The notes below the pieces were generated by a model. The model had not been told where the DNA came from. It searched no databases and saw nothing but the letters and a program-made list of their open reading frames with translations. DNA of 56,061 nucleotides from Candidatus Margulisiibacteriota bacterium (GTDB lineage: Bacteria > Margulisbacteria > Riflemargulisbacteria > GWF2-35-9 > DYQY01): NCBI GenBank assembly GCA_028706105.1, contig JAQWCF010000002.1, positions 1-56,061 on the forward strand, read 5' to 3'. This document shows positions 1-9,747 of this stretch, piece by piece (positions within the stretch are counted from its first letter, which is position 1; every line of letters starts with the position of its first letter). The translations under genes were made by a program, and so were the position numbers.

Positions 1-131
1 ATCAGTTCTAGGCTAAGGTCGGAGAAAGAAATTCCCAGCAGATGCTCTGCTATAACTAAGTGACCGGAGCTACTTATAGGTAGAAATTCAGTTAGTCCTT
101 GGATAATCCCTAGTAACGCGATTTTTAGCAT
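1..131 (-). CDS. uppP: undecaprenyl-diphosphate phosphatase (UppP/BacA), N-terminal fragment running off the window
   Basis: Not in the ORF track because it is truncated. The reverse complement of 1-131 reads [43 protein letters not shown]. The GxxQGxTEFLPxSSxGHL block is the UppP N-terminal signature. Confidence 0.8.
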   Translation of the reverse strand, partial: MLKIALLGIIQGLTEFLPISSSGHLVIAEHLLGISFSDLSLEL

Positions 132-137
132 AGGATT

Positions 138-143
138 ATTATA
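138..143 (-). promoter_or_regulatory. -10 box TATAAT 6 nt upstream of the uppP ATG (leaderless-type geometry)
   Basis: The minus strand reads TATAAT-aatcct-ATG. There is no SD between the box and the start. Confidence 0.45.
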
Positions 144-233
144 CTGTTTATTTGTTTATTTGCCAGCCCTTCGAACTCACTTTGAGCGAAGTGGGGTTTA
201 GTTGTTTCTTTGTTTAGGGCTTATTTTTTTAAT

Positions 234-278
234 CCTTCCCTTTTTAAGGGAAGGTGGACTAATATCTTTTGATATTAG
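234..278. repeat. two adjacent short hairpins (ccttccctt/aagggaagg and ctaatatc/gatattag)
   Basis: Perfect 9-bp and 8-bp stems are read directly. The first belongs to the dispersed CCCTT..AAGGG hairpin family seen in several intergenic regions. No U-tract follows on either strand. Confidence 0.6.
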
Positions 279-303
279 GACGTAAGTGTCATTTCTCGGA
301 TTA

Positions 304-633
304 TTATGTCTTAAATAAGTAAGTCTCTGGGGAAATGTCTAACAATGTTCTGTACATTTTTTGACAGATATCAATGTCTGCTCTGGCAAACATCCAAACC
401 CAGGCTAAATATTCTTTTAAATAGAGTAGTTCTTTTAATTTTTTTTGCCATTTTATATCACCAGATGTTAACTCTAGCAATTCCAATGCTCGAAGATAAG
501 AGTTACTAGTTTCTTTGTCATCATTTATCTTAATAGCATTTTTTGCTCTTCCGAACTCTGCGCCGATAGAGAGTATTTGTTGCATATTTGAGTATTTATC
601 CCATTTATCTTGAGTAAGAGTTGTATGGAGCAT
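304..633 (-). CDS. hypothetical protein (109 aa)
   Basis: ORF track. Its start lies 1 nt after the stop of the upstream 116-aa gene, which suggests an operon. I recognise no family. Confidence 0.55.
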   Translation of the reverse strand: MLHTTLTQDKWDKYSNMQQILSIGAEFGRAKNAIKINDDKETSNSYLRALELLELTSGDIKWQKKLKELLYLKEYLAWVWMFARADIDICQKMYRTLLDISPETYLFKT

Positions 634-634
634 A

Positions 635-985
635 TTATTTGATGATTTTATTAATTATTAAAGCTATTGTGTTTTGTAAGTCTACCGAAAGTATTTCCAT
701 ACTTAGGTTGTCTTGGGTAGGACGGATATTAATAAGCGAGGTATATTCTAGCCAGATTGAACGTTCTCTTTCAGGATAAAGGTTAGCTCCCCAGATGTTT
801 TTTTGAAGAGAACCATTCTTCAGTAAGATTAGTTCTGAATCAGCATGCATCTCTCCACCGAAAACAGCTTTTTCTAATTCAACATCAATTGTAAATTTAA
901 TCATGGAGTTATAAGGGTCACCAAGTAGTTCACTAAGTTCATTTAATTCTAGCGGGTTTCGTTCATCAGCTGTTTTGAAATTCAT
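635..985 (-). CDS. hypothetical protein, DUF5674-like (116 aa)
   Basis: ORF track. The segment ...EMHADSELILLKNGSLQKNIWGANLYPE... resembles my recollection of the small DUF5674 family. This is from memory and has not been verified. Confidence 0.5.
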   Translation of the reverse strand: MNFKTADERNPLELNELSELLGDPYNSMIKFTIDVELEKAVFGGEMHADSELILLKNGSLQKNIWGANLYPERERSIWLEYTSLINIRPTQDNLSMEILSVDLQNTIALIINKIIK

Positions 986-991
986 AAAATA

Positions 992-997
992 ATTATA
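992..997 (-). promoter_or_regulatory. -10 box TATAAT 6 nt upstream of the ATG at 985 (leaderless-type)
   Basis: The minus strand reads ggTATAAT-tatttt-ATG. Confidence 0.45.
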
Positions 998-1006
998 CCT
1001 TTAAAG

Positions 1007-1040
1007 CCCCCTTTATCAAAGGGGGTGCCGAACATAGCGA
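1007..1040. repeat. dispersed hairpin-plus-tail element (cccccttt-atc-aaaggggg + tgccgaacatagcgagg)
   Basis: Perfect 8-bp stem. The tail resembles those following the hairpins at 10405, 10514, 10665 and 40172. Confidence 0.55.
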
Positions 1041-1049
1041 GGTGGAGGA

Positions 1050-1967
1050 TTATTGATTCAACATCTTAAATCTATATAGCAACGGACTCGCTATAAAAAT
1101 AGAAGAATACGTACCAAAGCTAATTCCAATTAATAGTACTAGTGCGAAATCTTTGATAGATGCGCCACCAAACAAGAAGATGGAAAGTAACACTGCTAAG
1201 GTAGTAAAGGAAGTATTTATTGATCTTGTAATGCTTTGATCTACACTTGAGTTGATAATATCAACTAATTCGTCTTTGTTTTCTTTTAAGTTTTCTCTAA
1301 TTCTATCAAAGATAACAATAGTATCGTTGATGGAATAACCAAGGACAGTTAGCAGTGCCGCTACATAAGCGGTATTGATTTCAATATGGAGTAGAGCGGT
1401 TAGTCCAAGAACTATCAGAACATCATGAATGAGCGCAAGGATAGCAGCAATAGCAGCCCAAAATTCAAACCTAAGGGTGATGTAAATAAGTAATAGTAAA
1501 ATAGCGACGCCAAGGATGGTTAGAGACTGTGTTTGGAGTTCGTGACCTACTGAAGGTCCAATGAAGTCTGTCCCAAGTATTGTTGTTCCCTCTATTGTGG
1601 AAGTAAGCTTTTTAGCCAGTTCGTCTACACTGATGTTCTCTATTTGTTGGAATTTCAAAGAGAAAAGATATTTATCCATTGTTGTAAGTTGTAAACTAGA
1701 GACACCTGCCTCATTCATGGTTTTTCTGATTAAGGAAGTTATCTCACCACGTGTTTGTTCAGATAATTTGCCGTCTGTATTAAATTCAGTGGTTGCCTTT
1801 TCAACATTAATGGTAAAGTTAACACCACCAGTAAAATCTATTCCTAAATTAAAGGGTGAACCAGTAGTTATGAAATTGCTAGTCATATAATAGAGACCAA
1901 AGCATATCAAAATAGTTGAGAAGCTGAACCAATATTTTGCTTTATTTAAAAAATAGATTTTTCCCAT
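1050..1967 (-). CDS. secF: protein translocase subunit SecF
   Basis: 305 aa with the GIDFTGG motif and a multi-TM C-terminal half. It lies directly downstream of secD. An AAGGAG SD precedes the ATG. Confidence 0.9.
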   Translation of the reverse strand: MGKIYFLNKAKYWFSFSTILICFGLYYMTSNFITTGSPFNLGIDFTGGVNFTINVEKATTEFNTDGKLSEQTRGEITSLIRKTMNEAGVSSLQLTTMDKYLFSLKFQQIENISVDELAKKLTSTIEGTTILGTDFIGPSVGHELQTQSLTILGVAILLLLIYITLRFEFWAAIAAILALIHDVLIVLGLTALLHIEINTAYVAALLTVLGYSINDTIVIFDRIRENLKENKDELVDIINSSVDQSITRSINTSFTTLAVLLSIFLFGGASIKDFALVLLIGISFGTYSSIFIASPLLYRFKMLNQ

Positions 1968-1977
1968 TATTAACTCC

Positions 1978-3306
1978 TTATTTAAACCTAATTAGGTTGC
2001 TTTCTCTTATTTTTGTAATGTTCAGACTACTGAACAAAAAGAATTTAGTTAAAGAAAGTGCAGTGAAAAGACTCATTACAATACCTACAGATAATGTAAC
2101 GGCAAACCCTTTGATTGTCCCAGTACCAAGCCAGAAAAGAACGCCAGCCGTAATTAGTGTCGTAATATTTGAATCCATAATAGTAATCATCGCTCTTTGG
2201 AATCCAGCCTCTAGTGCGTTTTTGAGCGTTTTACCATTACGAAGTTCTTCTTTGTACCTTTCAAAGATAAGAACATTTGCATCGACTGCCATACCTAAAG
2301 AAAGTACGATGCCAGCAAGTCCGGGTAAAGTCAGTGTTACATGTAATAGTCGGAATGCTGTCATTGAAAGGAAGAAGTAAAAGATTAAAGAAAGTATAGA
2401 GATAAACCCTAGAAACTTATAGAACAATAACATAAAGATAGCAACTAAAACAAATCCAATAATTCCTGCTTTGATACTTTGATCAATGGAGGTTTTTCCT
2501 AAAGATGGGCCGATTTCTTTTTTTTCAATTATTTTCACTGGTACAGGAAGCGAGCCAGCTTTTAGTTTGATAACCATATCTTGGACTTCTTTTATTGAGA
2601 AAGAGCCAGATATTTGTGCTTTTCCGCCAGGGATTGGTCCATTAATTCTTGGTGCTGATAAAACAACTCCATCTAGCAGAATTGCTAAGGGTTTTCCTAC
2701 ATTCATTCTGGTAACATTTGCAAATTTCTTGGTTCCTTCAGGTGTGAATTCTATATTAATCATTGGTTTGCCAAATTGGTCAACGCTAGGTCCAGCAAAG
2801 CTGAGGTCGTTGCCAGTAAGTTGAGTTTTGCCAAGGAAGATAGGAGTTTCTTGGACAATATTGCCAGCGTTATCCTTGATGTTCATTCTGGCTAGTCGCA
2901 TGCCTTCGCCCGCAATAATTTTGATTTCTTCAGTGGATAATGTTTCTGCATCCATTGGGGCAAATTCAGCTTCCACAAATTCTAGTAGGGCGGTGTCTCC
3001 AATGAGGTTTTCTGCTCTTTCAGGATCAGAAATCCCAGGAAGTTCGACTACAATCTGTCTTTGACCCTTTCTTTGAATAACAGGCTCAGAAACACCTAAT
3101 CCGTCTATTCTGCTTTGTATAATAGCTAAGGCTCCAAGCACTGCGTCGTCATTTACTTTGACTTGTTCAGTGTCTTGAGCTTCGAGAACTAGCAGCATCC
3201 CGCCTTGCAAATCAAGACCTAAGTTGATAGGTACTTTATTTGCGACTAAGACCATTAAGGCAATACCAATAACTAGGTAAAAGAATTTTAGTTTATCTGT
3301 GAACAT
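1978..3306 (-). CDS. secD: protein translocase subunit SecD
   Basis: 442 aa with the N-terminal TM followed by LGLDLQGG, a periplasmic domain and a C-terminal TM bundle. A GGAGG SD precedes the ATG. Confidence 0.9.
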   Translation of the reverse strand: MFTDKLKFFYLVIGIALMVLVANKVPINLGLDLQGGMLLVLEAQDTEQVKVNDDAVLGALAIIQSRIDGLGVSEPVIQRKGQRQIVVELPGISDPERAENLIGDTALLEFVEAEFAPMDAETLSTEEIKIIAGEGMRLARMNIKDNAGNIVQETPIFLGKTQLTGNDLSFAGPSVDQFGKPMINIEFTPEGTKKFANVTRMNVGKPLAILLDGVVLSAPRINGPIPGGKAQISGSFSIKEVQDMVIKLKAGSLPVPVKIIEKKEIGPSLGKTSIDQSIKAGIIGFVLVAIFMLLFYKFLGFISILSLIFYFFLSMTAFRLLHVTLTLPGLAGIVLSLGMAVDANVLIFERYKEELRNGKTLKNALEAGFQRAMITIMDSNITTLITAGVLFWLGTGTIKGFAVTLSVGIVMSLFTALSLTKFFLFSSLNITKIRESNLIRFK

Positions 3307-3312
3307 TTCAGT

Positions 3313-4407
<1,095 letters not shown>

Positions 4408-4616
4408 TTAGCTCGCTTCGACAATAAATAATCCCCCAATCGCTTCACTTCGACTGGCTCAGTGTAAATGCGACTTTCCCCCTTTGATGCTTCGATAAAC
4501 TCAGTACAAGTTTCGTGGGTCTTAAAAGTATATACGTTTATTTATTATTTATACCTCAAGGTCTATGTGTTAGTCACTTAGCATTTTAATTAGTTATTCA
4601 TAAACATTTTGTTTCT

Positions 4617-4725
4617 GTTATTCCTGTGTATTATTTAGTCATTCCAGCAACTTCTATCTTCATTCCTGAGCATTTATTTAGTAATTCCTGTTTTTTCCTA
4701 TGTTATTCCCGCGAAGGCGGGAATC
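4617..4725 (+). repeat. five phased GTyATTCC(N)G motifs ending in the palindromic element
   Basis: Motif copies start at 4617, 4638, 4659, 4681 and 4702, spaced 21, 21, 22 and 21 nt. The last copy is the 5' arm of the hairpin gttattcccgcgaaggcgggaatc (4702-4725). Confidence 0.7.
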
Positions 4726-4728
4726 TAT

Positions 4729-4734
4729 TACAAT
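4729..4734 (+). promoter_or_regulatory. -10-like TACAAT 6 nt upstream of the GIY-YIG ATG (leaderless-type)
   Basis: The plus strand reads TACAAT-aataga-ATG. Confidence 0.4.
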
Positions 4735-4740
4735 AATAGA

Positions 4741-5022
4741 ATGTATTACATTTATATAATTACAAATAAACCATTTGGCGCGTTATATATTGGCATGACA
4801 AATAATTTGGTTCGTAGAATTTATGAACATAAAGAAAAATTAATTGATGGTTTTTCAAAAAAATATGATCTTGATAAATTAGTTTACTATGAGTCATATA
4901 AAACTGCTAAAGAAGCGATTATAAGAGAAAAAAGAATGAAAAAATGGAATAGAGATTGGAAAATATGTAAAATAATAGAAAATAATTCAGAATGGGATGA
5001 TTTATATGAAACTATTGTTTAG
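4741..5022 (+). CDS. GIY-YIG nuclease family protein (small, YhbQ/COG2827-like)
   Basis: 93 aa. The N-terminus YYIYIITNKPFGALYIGMTNNLVRRIYEH matches the GIY..YIG..R..EH signature. Confidence 0.85.
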   Translation: MYYIYIITNKPFGALYIGMTNNLVRRIYEHKEKLIDGFSKKYDLDKLVYYESYKTAKEAIIREKRMKKWNRDWKICKIIENNSEWDDLYETIV

Positions 5023-5075
5023 GTTTTAGATTCCCGCCTGCGCGGGAATGACAGAACGTGACGGGGGATTACTAG

Positions 5076-7448
5076 TTATACCAAAATATTCATCATTAGT
5101 GCTAGTTCTTTTAATAGCGTATTGTTTTGGTCTGCTTTGTGAAGAAGAAAAGCTTTTGTTTCAGCAGAAGATCTGTTGAATTTAATTTCCAATTTTTCAT
5201 AGATGCCAAGGAAAGATATTGCAATATTGATATCTTTAGGGTCTTTGCCTTTTTCTATTTTGCTTATTAATGAATTTAGGTATTTTTCTAAATAAGCACG
5301 AGTTTCATTAACATTTAGATTTAGATGTAGGCTATGACTAAGTTTAATTATTCTTAGTGCTGGCTTTATGTTTTTGTTATTCCAGCTAGTTATTTCTTGG
5401 ATTTCACTTAATAGTTTTGCTGACATGATTATCTCAATTGCTGATTTTATTTCAGTAGGAAGATTTCCGCCCATTCTAACAGTTTCTTCTATTAAATCTC
5501 TAAAGCCAGTATATAATTTATTGAGGTCTTTGTTCAGTCTATTGGTTTTCTTAGACCAGAGTATTTTCATGATGTCAGAGCTTTCTTCAAAGTTAAGGTC
5601 TATCATGCTTAGTGTCTTCTGATAATTATTTTTAATTATTTCTGTTGAGTTATTTGGATCATCCAGTAGTTCTTTTTTGATGGAATTTAGGTCAAGAATC
5701 GTTTTACTGATAGATGTTTTGACTTGCCCATTTTTTTCTGAGAGTAAGGCTGAGTGTTCTGTTGTTTTCCCAGTATAGATATTCATTATTGAACAGTTAA
5801 GTGCTCTAAAGGTGGTATCTTCGTTTTTAAAAGTAAGATCATTAATAGGACTGACGGTATATAGATACACTTCTTGTTCTTTAATTTTATTGGTTAGATG
5901 TGCTTTGACTATAAACTGGTTAATAGCCTTTTCTCTAGTTAATTCGTAGGGTTTTATCCATTTTTTGTAAATCGCATCTCCGTCATGCGCAGAATTAATG
6001 TTGCTTTTAGCTTCTTTCAAGTAAGCAATAAGAACCTTTTCTAAATCTACTTTAGTATGTTGTTGTCCATAGTAAATAGCAGCATTGGCATATTTAATGA
6101 TTTGAACAGTTTCTATTCCAGATATCTCAGAGAAAAACCATCCACAACTAGTAAACATTAGTTGACTAAATCTCTGACTTTCTAATAATTCTAATATTTT
6201 TACTTTTTGTTCATCGGTAAGAGATCCTTTGGCGTTTTTTTCAAAAAACTTTTCACTAGACCAGCTACCGTGAAAGACGAAGTAATAATCATTTCTTGCT
6301 TTTTCGATGTTAGCTAGCAGAGGTGTCGCTTCTTTTTCGTAAGTTTCCCATAATAAATCTCGAAGCGCATTAAGTCCTTCTCTCAGTGGCTTTCTCCATT
6401 CTTGATTCCACCCAGCGCCACCACCAGTGCTACAGCCACAATTTTCTTTCCATCTTCCAACGCCATGGACACAGCTCCATGCAGTGCCTTCATGTTTAGT
6501 TCCTTCTTTAAGTACTGCTTCAGAGATAGGGGCAAATCTTTCCAGAAAAGCACCATAATTAATTTGTTTCATGTTGTACTCTTTGGCAAGATGTTTAAAA
6601 AAGTAGGAAAGGCACATGTCCCCAAACGGTTCATGGTGTCCGTAGCTTTCGCCGTCAGTAGAGGCTGTTACTAGCGTAGGTCTGCCTTGGTTGGGTTTAG
6701 CTGCTGCATCTAGCCTCTCTGCAAAAGTGTGAGCGTCTTTTAGGAGATGCTCAAAGCTGATAGCTGTTGAGATTGGGGCATCATAAAAAAAGACATCTAA
6801 GTATTTTTCTTTGGTTTCATCAACAAAAACTCGGTAGGGTTGAGTTGGGTCAACAGTTCCATTAGAAACATTTATCCATTCATTAGAGAAATATGTTTTT
6901 ACCTTTTCTGCTTGGAAGGGAGATAGCACTGTGAACTTAATTCCATTAGCTATTAAAGCTTTTACTGTCTCCATATTGATAGCAGTTTCTGCAAGCCACA
7001 TACCCTCTGGGTCACGTCCGAAGTGTCTTTTAAAATCAGCTATTCCCCATTTGATTTGTGTTTGTTTGTCTCTTTCGTTGGCTAAAGGCATGATTATATG
7101 GTTATAAACCTGGGCAATAGCATTACCGTGTCCGTTGTTGTTTTCTTTGCTAATTTCATCTGCTTCAACTATTTTTTCATATGTACTTTTGTCGTTATCG
7201 TAAATCCAGTTCATTAGAGTGGGCCCGACATTGAAGCTTAAGTATTGAAAATTATTAATAATATCAACTATTTTTCCATGAGGTGAAAGAATTCTTGATG
7301 AGGTGTTTGGTCGATAACATTCATCGTTAATTTTTTCATTCCAATCGTGATAAGGGAACGCGCTGTCTTGTCTTTCTATTTTATTAAGAAAGGGGTTCTC
7401 TCTCGGTGGTTGATAAAAGTGTCCGTGAATGCAAATATACTTGTTCAT
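5076..7448 (-). CDS. glycoside hydrolase family 57 protein (alpha-glucan-active, long DUF3536-type C-terminus)
   Basis: 790 aa. The N-terminus YICIHGHFYQPPRENPF is typical of this GH57 subgroup. A GGGGGG SD precedes the ATG. Confidence 0.8.
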   Translation of the reverse strand: MNKYICIHGHFYQPPRENPFLNKIERQDSAFPYHDWNEKINDECYRPNTSSRILSPHGKIVDIINNFQYLSFNVGPTLMNWIYDNDKSTYEKIVEADEISKENNNGHGNAIAQVYNHIIMPLANERDKQTQIKWGIADFKRHFGRDPEGMWLAETAINMETVKALIANGIKFTVLSPFQAEKVKTYFSNEWINVSNGTVDPTQPYRVFVDETKEKYLDVFFYDAPISTAISFEHLLKDAHTFAERLDAAAKPNQGRPTLVTASTDGESYGHHEPFGDMCLSYFFKHLAKEYNMKQINYGAFLERFAPISEAVLKEGTKHEGTAWSCVHGVGRWKENCGCSTGGGAGWNQEWRKPLREGLNALRDLLWETYEKEATPLLANIEKARNDYYFVFHGSWSSEKFFEKNAKGSLTDEQKVKILELLESQRFSQLMFTSCGWFFSEISGIETVQIIKYANAAIYYGQQHTKVDLEKVLIAYLKEAKSNINSAHDGDAIYKKWIKPYELTREKAINQFIVKAHLTNKIKEQEVYLYTVSPINDLTFKNEDTTFRALNCSIMNIYTGKTTEHSALLSEKNGQVKTSISKTILDLNSIKKELLDDPNNSTEIIKNNYQKTLSMIDLNFEESSDIMKILWSKKTNRLNKDLNKLYTGFRDLIEETVRMGGNLPTEIKSAIEIIMSAKLLSEIQEITSWNNKNIKPALRIIKLSHSLHLNLNVNETRAYLEKYLNSLISKIEKGKDPKDINIAISFLGIYEKLEIKFNRSSAETKAFLLHKADQNNTLLKELALMMNILV

Positions 7449-7547
7449 TATCCCCCCAGATAAAATTAATTTCTTAGCTTATTAGAATATTAGCCTTTTT
7501 TTTGAATATATTAAAGATTTTGTTTAACTATTTGCGATAATCACCCT

Positions 7548-7587
7548 CCTTTGCTATGGCAAAGGTTTCCCCCTTATTAAGGGGGAA
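7548..7587. repeat. two adjacent hairpins (cctttgc/gcaaagg and ttccccctt/aagggggaa)
   Basis: Stems read directly. Members of the dispersed hairpin family. Confidence 0.55.
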
Positions 7588-7640
7588 TAAATGTAAGCTA
7601 TACTGTATATGAATATGTTAGTCATTCCTGGTTTACTATC

Positions 7641-7741
7641 GTCATTCCCGCGTAGGCGGGAATCCATTCATTAGAATTTATTTTTAGTAAGTAAGTTTAA
7701 ATAGGAAATAAATACTAGATTCCCGCCTACGCGGGAATGAC
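7641..7741. mobile_element. MITE-like unit: perfect 24-nt terminal inverted repeats around a 53-nt AT-rich spacer
   Basis: 7641-7664 (gtcattcccgcgtaggcgggaatc) is the exact reverse complement of 7718-7741 (gattcccgcctacgcgggaatgac). An extra GTCATTCCTG half-site lies at 7621-7630, 20 nt upstream. Confidence 0.6.
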
Positions 7742-7750
7742 AGAGGGGGA

Positions 7751-9001
7751 TTAAATCCCTACACGAATAATGCTTGCAACGTCTTTGATGCAAGACAAGT
7801 CTTTGATCTGTTCGATTGCTTTGTTTTTATTGCCTTCTTTGATGGTGTGTGTGACTATAACTAATTCAGCATCTTCTCCCGCACCTCTTTGGATTGCTTC
7901 TTTGATACTGATTTTCATTTTAGCAAAAATACCACTTATTTCCGCAAGTACGCCTGGTTTGTCTTCTACAAGTAGTCTGATGTAATACTTAGAGACAATT
8001 TCATCTTTAGGTAGAATGGTTATCGTTTTCTTTTTCTCTGTGCCATAAGCTGTTCCGTTGATAATATTTAGTAGGTCTGCCCAAACAGAACCTGCAGTTG
8101 GGATGCTTCCTGCGCCTCGTCCATAGAACATACTTTCTCCAGTAGCATCACCTTCTACGTAGACAGCATTGAAAACATCGTTAACCGCAGCAAGTGGGTG
8201 AGTGTTGTTAAGTATAACTGGATGTACTCTTAGCTCTAAGCCCTTGTCAGTATTTCTAGCAATTGCTAGGAGTTTAATGCTGGCATCAAGGTTTTTGGCA
8301 TAGTTTATATCTTTTGCAGATATTTTGGTTATGCCTTCCATTAAAATTTGTTCAATATTTATGTCAGATTGAAAGGCAATAGACGCTAAAATAGAGAGTT
8401 TGTAGCAACTGTCCATTCCTTCTACATCAGAGGAAGGATCAGCTTCTGCATAACCAAGTTTTTGAGCCTCTTTTAGCACCACGGCATAGTCAGCGTTTTC
8501 TTTTTGCATCTTAGTTAGAATAAAGTTGGTTGTTCCGTTAAGGATACCAACTATTTCTTTAAAGTTGTTTGGCGAAAGTGAATCTTTTAGATTGTTAATA
8601 ATAGGAATAGCTCCGCCAACAGATGCTTCATAGAGTAATGAAACGTTGTTCTCCTCAGCTAGCTTAAGTAGTCCCTTGCCATATTTTGCTAAAACAAGCT
8701 TATTAGCTGTTACTACATGCTTTTTAGCTTTAAGTGCAGATTCGATAATTGTTCTGGCAGGTTCATCTCCACCGATAAGCTCAATAATAATGTTTATTTC
8801 TGGGTCAGCAATAAGTTCTTTAAAGCTGTTTGTTTTCTGAAAGGAAGACAAATCATAAGGACAGCGACTAAAGTCTAAGTCACAGATGGTCTTTAGCTTA
8901 AAGTGTTTTTTGGCGTGAGAGTTAAGCTTATCAAAGTTGTTTTGATAAAGAGCGATAACGCCTGAGCCGATTGTTCCTGTTCCGATAAGTCCGATATTCA
9001 T
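7751..9001 (-). CDS. hom: homoserine dehydrogenase
   Basis: 416 aa with the GxGxxG N-terminus, the NGTTNFILTKM and LGYAEADPSSDVEG motifs, and a C-terminal ACT-like domain. Confidence 0.92.
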   Translation of the reverse strand: MNIGLIGTGTIGSGVIALYQNNFDKLNSHAKKHFKLKTICDLDFSRCPYDLSSFQKTNSFKELIADPEINIIIELIGGDEPARTIIESALKAKKHVVTANKLVLAKYGKGLLKLAEENNVSLLYEASVGGAIPIINNLKDSLSPNNFKEIVGILNGTTNFILTKMQKENADYAVVLKEAQKLGYAEADPSSDVEGMDSCYKLSILASIAFQSDINIEQILMEGITKISAKDINYAKNLDASIKLLAIARNTDKGLELRVHPVILNNTHPLAAVNDVFNAVYVEGDATGESMFYGRGAGSIPTAGSVWADLLNIINGTAYGTEKKKTITILPKDEIVSKYYIRLLVEDKPGVLAEISGIFAKMKISIKEAIQRGAGEDAELVIVTHTIKEGNKNKAIEQIKDLSCIKDVASIIRVGI

Positions 9002-9007
9002 ATATTT

Positions 9008-9013
9008 ATTATA
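9008..9013 (-). promoter_or_regulatory. -10 box TATAAT 6 nt upstream of the hom ATG (leaderless-type)
   Basis: The minus strand reads TATAAT-aaatat-ATG. Confidence 0.45.
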
Positions 9014-9047
9014 AAGCTAAAAGCTAAAAGCTGAAAGCCTAAAGCTT
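9013..9047. repeat. heptamer microsatellite (AAAGCTN) x5
   Basis: The sequence reads aaagcta aaagcta aaagctg aaagcct aaagctt. It lies directly upstream (on the minus strand) of the hom -10 box. Confidence 0.8.
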
Positions 9048-9068
9048 AATGTTTATTTGTTTAGTTGG

Positions 9069-9635
9069 TTATTTGGTTTGTTCTAAAGTAGTTATTCTCT
9101 TACTGTTATGCAATATCTTGAGTGAATTAAGGTCTGTTTGAGCTCTTTGTTCTTCTAATTTTTTTCTGAAAGCCACAAAATGTTCGTCTTGGAAGAATAG
9201 TTTATCTCTGACTGCTTGAAATTCACCCATATATTTTTCCATTACCAAGTTTACAGCATTATGAACAATAGTATTAGCGTCATCTTTTGTTAACATGTTA
9301 TCCATTATAAATTGGATATTGTCATTGGTGTCATCAAAATTGTAGTCCATTTTATCCAGTCTTTTTTTAACGTGAGACATGTCTTCCTTTAGGATAGAAA
9401 CATCTTCTTTGATCACAGCGACATCTGTTTTAAGTACAGCGACATCTGTTTTAAGTACAGCGACATCTGTTTTAAGTATAGCAACATCTGTTTTAAGTAT
9501 AGCAACATCTGTTTTAAGAGTAGAATTATCATTTTCAAGATAAGACACACTTGTTTTAAGACATGAAAAGTCTTTAGAAGTTTCTTCTTTTACAATGGTT
9601 CTTATCGTTGCTATGTCGTTGGTAGTTAATGTCAT
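9069..9635 (-). CDS. coiled-coil protein with tandem heptad repeats (LKTDVAx)n
   Basis: 188 aa. The repeat block reads TLKTDVAILKTDVAILKTDVAVLKTDVAVLKTDVAVIKEDVSILKEDMSHVKK. I recognise no family. Confidence 0.7.
   Translation of the reverse strand: MTLTTNDIATIRTIVKEETSKDFSCLKTSVSYLENDNSTLKTDVAILKTDVAILKTDVAVLKTDVAVLKTDVAVIKEDVSILKEDMSHVKKRLDKMDYNFDDTNDNIQFIMDNMLTKDDANTIVHNAVNLVMEKYMGEFQAVRDKLFFQDEHFVAFRKKLEEQRAQTDLNSLKILHNSKRITTLEQTK
9377..9525. repeat. in-frame 21-bp tandem repeat, about 7 units (5 near-identical at 9421-9525)
   Basis: The unit is acatctgttttaagtacagcg, with copies at 9421, 9442, 9463, 9484 and 9505. Degenerate copies lie at 9377-9420. Confidence 0.9.
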
Positions 9636-9747
9636 TGTAGAGGGAATATAACATTGTTTTTTATTTGTGTCAAATAACTATTCGTCAATTATTGTTAATC
9701 TTAAAAAGATTACGTCTGTTACCTATTAAAGTAAAAGGGAAAAGGGG

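Larger units (their letters stand above)
4702..5052 (+). mobile_element. GIY-YIG gene bracketed by inverted copies of a 24-nt palindromic element (putative mobile cassette)
   Basis: The left arm is 4702-4725 (gttattcccgcgaaggcgggaatc). The right arm is 5029-5052 (gattcccgcctgcgcgggaatgac), in inverted orientation. The same arms flank a gene-less 53-nt spacer at 7641-7741. Mobility is inferred, not shown. Confidence 0.45.

Noticed and set aside
1561-3064. Plus-strand ORFs (109, 147, 112 and 78 aa) overlapping secF and secD
   Set aside because: They are antisense to two confidently identified genes. Their sequences have no recognisable motifs.
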